Positions 54,001 through 60,296 of a stretch of 64,000 nucleotides of DNA are shown one piece after another (the stretch's first letter is position 1; every line of letters begins with the position of its first letter). This DNA comes from Amoebophrya sp. A120 (Eukaryota > Protista > Dinoflagellata), in contig CAJINV010000005.1 in the NCBI GenBank assembly GCA_905178155.1, positions 6,125,207 to 6,189,206 on the forward strand, in the 5' to 3' direction. The notes under the pieces are model-generated. The model ran no database searches. It saw nothing but the letters and a program-made list of their open reading frames with translations, and had not been told where the DNA came from. A program made the translations under genes and the position numbers.

Positions 54001-57000
54001 AACTCAAGGTATCAAGCGCAAAAGTGTCTGGGTCTGGAAGGTGGTAACTTGTGATGCTGTCTTTGGATTCCAAAAACATCTGCATTGCATGACTAGCAAA
54101 AGGAGCCCAATTTGTGCTACACGTGTGTGTGTGTGTGATGACCTTTAACTCCTGTCAGGGCGGCGTTAGAACAGATCTAGCCTCTGCCAATACCGTGGCG
54201 TTAGAGCAGATTTAGCCTCTGCCAATACCCCTAGGTGGACACCCGTTCCACGTCCTACAGGTACCACCCGACCGCACCCGCCGAACCGTTTCCGATTTCT
54301 TACGCGTGCATGCGGCCGGTGGGCGCTAGATGTGGCTGCCCTGCTTTACCATCCAAGCCCGCGAGCAAGGTGGAGCTCCAGCGTTGCCTTGCTGGGTTAT
54401 TCTTACAAACGTGGAACGCTACTGCTTCTGTGGTCGGTTGCGCCTACACGGGGAGGGCATTTCTCATGCGGAATAAGCATCAGGAAGCCTTCTAAAAATC
54501 TGCGAAGATGCTAGGGCATGCATCACAGGCGTCATTGGTCATGCAAAATATGCATGACAAGCCTGGCAATCTTCCAGACCAAGACATATTTGCACTTGAT
54601 ACAAGGTCGGACTGGATTCACAGAGGTACTTCCCGGCCTCCGAGTCGCACGGTTCCCCACACCCTCTCAATTCGATCAACTGCCCCGACCCGAGACAGCG
54701 GAATTCCGGTCCATCCCCGTAGCCGCTGTGCGTGGAATCGCAGACGAGTTTTGGGTTTTTTCTCCACGTCAGGTCCCCCGGGTTGGGGTAGGAGGAGCTT
54801 ATCCTGTGCAAAAGTATCGTAGTCGTACTATACTTCTAATCGTATTCATGCATTACAATGTTCTTTCTCAAGTTGAATCCGCATTACAAATTCTATTTCT
54901 CACGCTGAGGAGATTTGTCATGCGATTTATACTAGTACGATGCTTTTGCATTTCGTAGAGCTAACCCCACTGTTAAACTCGCTGTCCAAGATGTCCCGCC
55001 ACGTGGCCCCGGCGGCCAACTCGAAGCCGTAACCCTCGTTCGTGTTCGGCTCCGGGGGCCGGCATATGCATTGCAAAAGCACCGTACTTGTATTGCAATC
55101 ATGCATTACAAGTCTTTTTCTACAGGTAAATCCGCATTACAAATTTTTTCTATGTTGAGGAAATTCGTATTGCGATTTATACTAGTACGATGCTTTCGCA
55201 ATGCATACGGCAGCCCGGAATGCAGCAGCTATCCCGGCAATCGATTTCGTTGCGTCTCTGCTGCGAGCAGTAGTCTACCACCGCGTCGGGGCTCTTTCGG
55301 GTGAAGTAGTACGCCCCGCCCGGATTTGTCGCTGTTGGGGTCGTGGCCGCGAAACTGGTGCAGGTGATAGAGCTGCAGGCCGCCCAGCAGCGCCGCTGCC
55401 CGTCACTGCCTGGAGTTCCGTCAGTGTTAGGGTGGTGAATGTAGTCAGTGATGCACTGGTGGCAGTACTGCTTCGCGGGACCGTATCCAAGAAAAAAACT
55501 GTGTTGGTGTAACTTTCTGTTTCTTTGGCTGTCAGCATCACAAATTTATTTGCTCTACATGACTACAGAGAAAAAAAAGGTCGTCGATGGTATCAGACTA
55601 AAGGATTTACGGAATCGGACTTATTTCTGGAATCAGGCTAGTGGAATCAGGCTAACAGTTGGAATCAGACTAGTGGAATCAGGCTAGTGCTTCAACATCG
55701 CGTCCGTGTTCTGTCGTGCTCGCGCGCCCGGGTCTGGTAGTAGTTTGTTGCGCCCACTGCTGAATCATGTGGCCGCTCCTGATCTTAAGCGGAGGCCTTT
55801 GGTGCTGTTACAGCACCAAAGACCTGCTTGACTTTCGGCACCATCCACGGGCCAGTGTCTCTCCGCCACCGCCGATCCCGTTCGATATGTCCAAGGGCGC
55901 CATGCTTCCCAACAACACTGACGCCAAGCCCGGGTAGATTGCCTGAGATATGTTTTTTTTATAGGAGATTCAGGCTGAAAAAAACGGGAATGCGATGCAT
56001 AGGTCTGGCGCAAAATGAAAATCTACGCAGCAGCCCCTTTCTGCCTCGCACCACTACCATCTTCAGCAATATTCGTGTATAGGTATACTTAGAACCGCGC
56101 GCGAAGTTGCAAAAAAGTGCTCCGCGCGGCACTGCGCACAGTCGTCTCCTTTTCGCGGGCCTAGTCTTTTTGCCAACTCGATGCACGAACAACCACAACT
56201 CCAGAGGCTGTGTGCAAAACGCATGGATGCAAAGTCTTGGGGCGGCGCCCGCGCCCGCCGAGGCACGGCGAGAAAAGAACTAAAGATGAGGAAGGAAGCC
56301 GCAGAGCGCTGCAGCCACTGACGGAATAAAAAAAAGCGACATCACAACGAAGCGCCTCGCAACACTTGCTCATTGGTCCAGCGCCGGGCTTTGCGAAGTA
56401 GAAAACGCAAAAAAAGGGTCGACTTTTTAAAATTTGCCAGCGCTCCCCCCCTATTTTTTGCTCAGAAGTCGGGAAGTTGGGCAGTTTTTGTTTAAGTTCG
56501 AGAAATTGCCTCCAGATAAGCGCGGCGACTTCGCGTCTTTTCCTCTTGACATGTTTCAGCTTCCCGTCGTTCTGTGCGCATGACCCTGCCTGCGCCGCGC
56601 GGCCACGGCCCGGGCCGTGCTCTGCTTTTCGCTGTAGGCTTTCCTAGGATCTCTGCATGGGGGAGCAGCTCGCGACGACGCGAGGGCTTCTAGCAGCCAG
56701 GCGGTGCCCGCTAGACATGGCCGGCGACATCACAACGAGTCGCCTCGCAACACTGACTCCTTGGCCCAGCGCCGGATCTTGCAAAGTAGAAAACACAAAA
56801 ACAGGGTCGATTTTTGAAAATTTGCCAGCGTTCCCCCCTTATTTTTTGCGCAAAAATCGGAAAAATATGCAATTTTTGTTTAAGTTCGAGAAATTGAATC
56901 CGGATAACCGCGGCGCCTTCGCGTCTTTTCTTCTTGACATGTTGCGCGTCGCTCTGTGCGCAGGAACCTGCGCGGCCACGGCCCGAGCCGTGCTTTGCTT

Positions 57001-58528
57001 TTCGTTTGGGCTTTCCTACGATCTCTGCGTGGGGGAGCAGCTAGTGAGGACGCGGGATGATCTCCTAGCAGCCACGCTGTGCTCGCTAGACATAGCCGGC
57101 CAACTACCTCGCCCTTTCTAACCAATGGGAGCGAGGCCAGACAGTTGCACCCCGCGCAAAACAGAGAAGTAGAGCGTCCTTTTTGGGAGGGTAGAAGAGA
57201 GGGCGGCAAGACTGAGAAGTAGAAAGGAGTAAAAGGCAAAGGAAAGAGCAGCAACAGCAGCAGCAAATCTGTTGCTTTGTTAAGGAAAACCATCACGCCC
57301 GCAATGCATTAGATGGAAAGTAGAGCACGACGCCCCTGCTCACTTCGCGAGAGCGAAGCAGTCTGTCTCCCTTCTGGCTCCGTGACGCCGCGCGGCGGTG
57401 TGTGAGAGTCGTAGTGGTGGCGCGAGGTCTCATGCATAAAGCTAGGACATGCGTTTCTTTATCTCGCGATTCGTTTCAAAATATTAATATATATAGTACC
57501 GCCGCGCCAAAAATAAACAAGCAACGTGGTATCATCTGAAAAAGAAACAATGTATCTGCATTTAGTACCTGCTAGGGCCCGCGCCCGTCATCCATGACAC
57601 ATGCGCGGTCTGCCAGTCGTGCCGTCGCGAGGATGAGGAAGCGAGTGAGCCGAGAATGATCCGGAGCTTGTGATAGAAGTTGACCCGGGCTGGCCACCGA
57701 GGATCGCCGAAAACAACTTCTATGCAAGATATACTATGAAAACCTTGCCCCCCCTCCGTCTAAATGTGGTCTGATGCGCAGACATACAAAGCATGCAAAT
57801 CAAGTCCCGCCTGAAATAGAAGCGCGGCAGCGAACACGCACTGCCCACAGATGAATTGACGAGAAAGCGATGGGCCAAAGCGATGCTTGCAGGAGGGCAT
57901 CAACATATCCAATGCATACGACAGAGAACACAATGACCGACCACATTCATTCGACGACGGATGGGGATGCAGACTCAACGTATAACTATAATTCTGATTC
58001 AAGTATCTTGATTCTACTCACTATTCTGATTCCACTAGTCTGATTCTACATCTAGTCTGATTCCATTAGTCTGATTCCATCTGTTTAGTCTGATTCCCTC
58101 TCTTACCGAAAAAAAAAGTGTGTCATGCGTGGCTTGTAAGGGAAAACACACACGAACAGAGGACTTCATGGGTGTCTGGCATGACATGTGTAACTCTGTT
58201 GCATGTTCTGCATTACAGAGTTACACTTACGCAGTTTTTTCCAGGCATAGCCCGGGGCACTTGTTGGTGCTGTGGTCCGGGGTGCCGAGGATGAAGTTAG
58301 GATCGGAATTCGTACTGGTGTCCGACGTGCAAAAACAGGTCGGCACGCAGGTTGACTTCTCTACCTCGGCCCCGGACGAAGGACACGCGAGGTCGACGAG
58401 CTGGGAGAGCTTTGAGGTGGGGAAATTGACCGTGTAGTCCGCTGGGTATTTCGTCGAATGGTAGTTAGTCGCACACTGGAAGCTTGAATGCGCGAAGGAG
58501 GGTATGGACAGGGGCAGAATTGATGTCG
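25973..58528 (-). CDS. Gene 2: giant multi-exon type-I-membrane-like Cys-rich repeat protein, 5' incomplete; 54 introners plus a 2.15-kb GT-AG intron; C-terminal TM helix, Lys/Asp-rich and GGSSAFG-repeat tail
   Basis: A repeated unit CC..GC..P....GY.I.W..AL....LYP...F.C...YH....C...CPGP..Q.C..C....RCW..CS recurs across exons. The spliced C-terminus reads NATWC|AAWDSFDPGFGYDWRLGIRSFLCVQFL|VFFASVLYVLRFKW..SSSS|SDGDDD..GE|KKKK..GSK|MGGGSSAFGG..GGVDD* (stop at 25973). Confidence 0.85.
26240..26540. mobile_element. Introner family E with nested insertion
   Basis: TSD ttcga/ttcga. Confidence 0.9.
26381..26432. mobile_element. 52-bp truncated copy of the same retroposon-like family, nested in an introner
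   Basis: 20-bp TSD gccttccggagtttgtcatg (26361-26380/26433-26452). Confidence 0.75.
27114..27288. mobile_element. Introner family K
   Basis: TSD tctcc/tctcc. Confidence 0.85.
27388..27616. mobile_element. Degenerate introner family B
   Basis: TSD ggaat/cgaac; frame restored. Confidence 0.75.
27844..27992. mobile_element. Introner family B (splits the TM-coding region)
   Basis: TSD caaga/caaga. Confidence 0.9.
28078..28301. mobile_element. Introner family A (degenerate)
   Basis: TSD cacaa/cacac. Confidence 0.8.
28868..29018. mobile_element. Introner family B
   Basis: TSD tctgt/tctgt. Confidence 0.9.
29107..29342. mobile_element. Introner family F
   Basis: TSD acagt/acagt. Confidence 0.9.
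30387..30548. mobile_element. Introner family B
   Basis: TSD gcgtc/gcgtc. Confidence 0.9.
30813..30973. mobile_element. Introner family B
   Basis: TSD tgcct/tgcct. Confidence 0.9.
31530..31812. mobile_element. Introner family G
   Basis: TSD cactc/cattc. Confidence 0.85.
31911..32121. mobile_element. Introner family I (tatc...gaaaaaagtgttacagttacaca TIR)
   Basis: TSD tctct/tctct. Confidence 0.9.
32171..32449. mobile_element. Introner family G
   Basis: TSD atctc/atctc; near-perfect TIR. Confidence 0.92.
32537..32686. mobile_element. Introner family B
   Basis: TSD aagtg/aagtg. Confidence 0.9.
32957..33256. mobile_element. Introner family D
   Basis: TSD aagaa/cagaa. Confidence 0.85.
34369..34584. 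mobile_element. Introner family E
   Basis: TSD cagaa/cagaa. Confidence 0.9.
34644..34793. mobile_element. Introner family B
   Basis: TSD gcagc/gcagc. Confidence 0.9.
34924..35073. mobile_element. Introner family B
   Basis: TSD agtct/aatct. Confidence 0.85.
35690..35843. mobile_element. Introner family B
   Basis: TSD tcaca/tcgca. Confidence 0.85.
36251..36465. mobile_element. Introner family I
   Basis: TSD gtgta/gtgta. Confidence 0.9.
36619..36890. mobile_element. Introner family A
   Basis: TSD acgtg/acgtg. Confidence 0.9.
37303..37564. mobile_element. Introner family A
   Basis: TSD accgc/cccgc. Confidence 0.88.
37957..38111. mobile_element. Introner family B
   Basis: TSD ctcct/ctgca. 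Confidence 0.82.
38451..38729. mobile_element. Introner family G
   Basis: TSD tacat/tgcat. Confidence 0.85.
39186..39408. mobile_element. Introner family C
   Basis: TSD cgcat/cgcat. Confidence 0.9.
39649..39870. mobile_element. Introner family I
   Basis: TSD cagtt/cagtc. Confidence 0.88.
39922..40261. mobile_element. Introner family H (tatcaa....gaaaaatcccccctcccc TIR)
   Basis: TSD gcgtg/ccgtg. Confidence 0.85.
40564..40875. mobile_element. Introner family H
   Basis: TSD gcatt/gcatc. Confidence 0.88.
40934..41088. mobile_element. Introner family B
   Basis: TSD ccgga/ccggg. Confidence 0.85.
41380..41639. mobile_element. Introner family A
   Basis: TSD agtgg/agtgg. Confidence 0.9.
41691..43844 (-). 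other. Putative canonical GT-AG intron (2154 bp, phase 1) of gene 2
   Basis: CCC GGA G|GTATGA ... TCCCCAG|GC GCA AAC joins RELYPVPG-GANADWHTESGFVCADH in frame. Confidence 0.75.
41963..42001. repeat. (CAT)n microsatellite in the long intron
   Basis: About 13 tandem CAT units. Confidence 0.9.
44565..44816. mobile_element. Introner family A (young subfamily, reverse orientation)
   Basis: TSD gacaa/cacga (both differences synonymous). Confidence 0.9.
45064..45222. mobile_element. Introner family B
   Basis: TSD diverged (aaatg/acacc) but frame restored. Confidence 0.75.
45330..45488. mobile_element. Introner family J
   Basis: TSD ggcaa/ggcaa. Confidence 0.8.
46062..46278. mobile_element. Introner family E
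   Basis: TSD cgact/cgact. Confidence 0.92.
46517..46790. mobile_element. Introner family A
   Basis: TSD aagct/aagct. Confidence 0.9.
47071..47279. mobile_element. Introner family C
   Basis: TSD tcccc/tcccc. Confidence 0.9.
47468..47787. mobile_element. Introner family H
   Basis: TSD acctg/acctg. Confidence 0.9.
48562..48711. mobile_element. Introner family B
   Basis: TSD acagc/acagc. Confidence 0.88.
48845..49116. mobile_element. Introner family A
   Basis: TSD tcaac/tcaac. Confidence 0.9.
49306..49469. mobile_element. Introner family I-like (left end TGT)
   Basis: TSD gcacc/gcacc. Confidence 0.85.
49594..49881. mobile_element. Introner family G
   Basis: TSD gtgca/gtgca. Confidence 0.9.
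49948..50096. mobile_element. Introner family B
   Basis: TSD actga/actga. Confidence 0.9.
50167..50425. mobile_element. Introner family A
   Basis: TSD tgcgc/tgcgc. Confidence 0.9.
50544..50781. mobile_element. Introner family A (young subfamily, part of left TIR deleted)
   Basis: TSD gtagt/gtagt. Confidence 0.9.
50827..51492. mobile_element. Introner family H with nested insertion
   Basis: TSD ggcga/ggcga. Confidence 0.9.
50877..51201. mobile_element. Truncated retroposon-like insertion nested in an introner
   Basis: 19-bp TSD caaagtggaaatttctgat; shares the end ttgga.ggctaagggctgggcgtcccc with 26381-26432. Confidence 0.75.
51981..52132. mobile_element. Introner family B (right end GTA)
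   Basis: TSD ttgtg/ttgtg. Confidence 0.88.
52169..52385. mobile_element. Introner family E
   Basis: TSD gtttc/gtttc. Confidence 0.9.
52470..52735. mobile_element. Introner family A
   Basis: TSD cggcg/cggcg. Confidence 0.9.
53094..53307. mobile_element. Introner family I
   Basis: TSD ggatc/ggatc. Confidence 0.9.
53355..53567. mobile_element. Introner family C
   Basis: TSD caacg/caacg. Confidence 0.9.
53709..53953. mobile_element. Introner family F
   Basis: TSD gttgt/gttgt. Confidence 0.9.
54010..54601. mobile_element. Introner family A with nested insertion
   Basis: TSD caagg/caagg. Confidence 0.9.
54124..54443 (-). mobile_element. SINE/LINE-like fragment with a (CA)n tail, nested in an introner
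   Basis: 7-bp TSD ctacacg; (TG)n at the left end; internal ~34-bp tandem duplication ggcgttaga.cagat.tagcctctgccaatacc. Confidence 0.6.
54800..54957. mobile_element. Introner family B (right end GTA)
   Basis: TSD gagct/gagct. Confidence 0.88.
55065..55207. mobile_element. Introner family B
   Basis: TSD cggca/cggca. Confidence 0.9.
55484..58249. mobile_element. Introner family I enlarged to 2.77 kb by a nested MULE-like element
   Basis: Both halves match 14587-14945; TSD gaccg/gcccg; frame NKCPG|PAKQYCHQC restored. Confidence 0.82.
55579..58107. mobile_element. Non-autonomous MULE-like TIR element nested in an introner
   Basis: GGT...ACC ends, inverted arrays of ggaatcagactagt-like subterminal repeats, 9-bp TSD gaaaaaaaa (55570-55578/58108-58116), internal ~385-bp imperfect tandem duplication (~56340-57100). 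Confidence 0.75.
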
Positions 58529-60296
58529 CTGAGTTCTTGTTCAGACTCAGAGTCGAAGGTTCTCTGAGTTCAATCGTTCAACGTGTAGTTGTTTATGCAA
58601 AAAAGGAAAGCCTTAGCCTGCTCTTGCTCGTGAGGACCGTAGTGTTGGTTTCTTCGTTTGTCTCACACCCATGATCCTCACGCACTACCACTAGTCAGGT
58701 AAAAAATGCCGGGGCGGGTAGCTTTTGCCATGCATCAAATTCTTGTGAGTTGTCCAGCCACTGACAATTCTGCGTGCGCGGGATACGAACTGCCGTTTGA
58801 CCTGGGGAGATGGATGATAATCTTCTCAAGGAGGAGGAGGATCCTTCACGCCTGTTTTTAGCTATACATAGTGCTATCAAGTGGAACATGATGTCGCAGA
58901 CCACCCGGAGGAAACGAGCAGGGAGGCACCGCTCTCAGGAGAAACACCTACTCGGCCAGCATTCACTCCTGTTCCTTGTACCAGACGCGCCATGATGCAA
59001 CTACCACTCTTCGAGTTGCGGGCACTGAGGTACACTGTTGCAGCTTCTTCTCTTCGAGCCGCGGCCGGGTGCGCTCCGTCTGCTCACAAGCTTACCCTCT
59101 GTGGTGCGGCTGTCTACTCTGGGACGGTCCGGGGCTTGGGCGAGTTTAGGGTCATATCGGGCACCATATATGTTAGGTGCTTGTCCCTTAACTCTGTAGA
59201 CTTTGCGCTGCCTCCGCCCTGGAGCAGCTTGCGGCAGAGCTCACCTCCCGTTTTTGTCTCGATCAGGTTCTTCAAGGTGGTAACATATTTGCCACGCTAC
59301 CACCTTCTCTCGGGTGGTTCTGGCCGGACCTTCGTCTGGTTCTACAAAGTCCGCGTCTACGAGTGCAAGACGCGAACTTTAGCTGCGCCTTCAAAAATCT
59401 GAGATTCTTCCACTGAGCGGCTGCACTGGTTCGCGGGGAGTTCTAATATGTATGGATTTGCACCTTGAATCGAGAAAAGATAGGGATACATCAGGAATCT
59501 CTATCTGAGAAAATCAATATCAGGATCTATCGACATCTCAGCAGCTTGGGGTCCAGATAAATATCTTTCCTCGTCTCGTTAGCCTTTCGCTTCGGTTGGT
59601 TTTCTTGACCTGGACGCGGGCGTGACCTGTTGTGATCGTTCTTGCGCCCTAGGCGCCCGCAGATGGGGATGTATAGCCAAGGGTCCGGCTGCGCGTGCGG
59701 GGAAAAGATGAGAAGACGTCACCAGTAAAGAACACTCCCCGTGCCCTCTCTCTCTAGTTGTTCTAGTTGCTTTCGTGAGTTTCCTTCTGTCTCGGTGTTG
59801 CTGTTCCGCCTGCCACAAGAGGTATTTTCAGGCACTTTATCATGTTAGCTTTTTCCGTGTCGGCAACTTCGCCCCTGAGGGAGTGACGTTTTTTATTTGT
59901 AGTGAGGATGAGACCGCTAGACTAAAATATTTTCATTTTAACATCGCTGCACTTGCTCCTTTTCCACCTACTTCTCCTCCAGCTCGGCCGCCGTCCGTCG
60001 GTTTTCGCATGTTAGTGTTGAGCTGGTGCTTGCATGCGCTGCGCCTCGGGAAAGGTTCCGGTCCGCCCGCCCTAACACCCCTCGCCCTTGGATGCTTTGC
60101 CCGCTCGCTTTCGCCCTTCACCTCCACACTAGACTTCCAGCGCGGTAGAACAGCCTTCTGGATTTCGGTGGTTTTGGGTGCAGGATTCGGCGTCGTGCCC
60201 TCTCTGTGCGAAAACTCCTCTTCTAGTCACGGTCTGTAGCCAGTTTGAGGCCTTTCATCACCTCAGCACCCGTTTTCCCTCCTACCATCGGTCTTT

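Noticed and set aside
397-55304. Many short ORFs sharing CKNVWVWK, LPDPDIF, CKSIVLV, SCAKVSYS or VMQ motifs as a peptide family
   Set aside because: They are translations of introner TIRs in arbitrary frames and strands.
55579-58107. Autonomous transposase for the introners
   Set aside because: No long ORF or DDE motif, and its ends and 9-bp TSD differ from the TAT..ATA / 5-bp pattern.
281-58249. Interspersed repeats read as a CRISPR array or bacterial REP/IS elements
   Set aside because: The repeats are paired TIRs of 140-340-bp elements with TSDs, the 'spacers' are in-frame exons of variable length, there are no cas genes, and the context is eukaryotic.
5122-58528. The two giant genes as transposon-riddled pseudogenes
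   Set aside because: The exons I translated lack stops and frameshifts, cysteines are conserved and TSD differences are often synonymous, which points to ongoing selection. Expression data are still needed.
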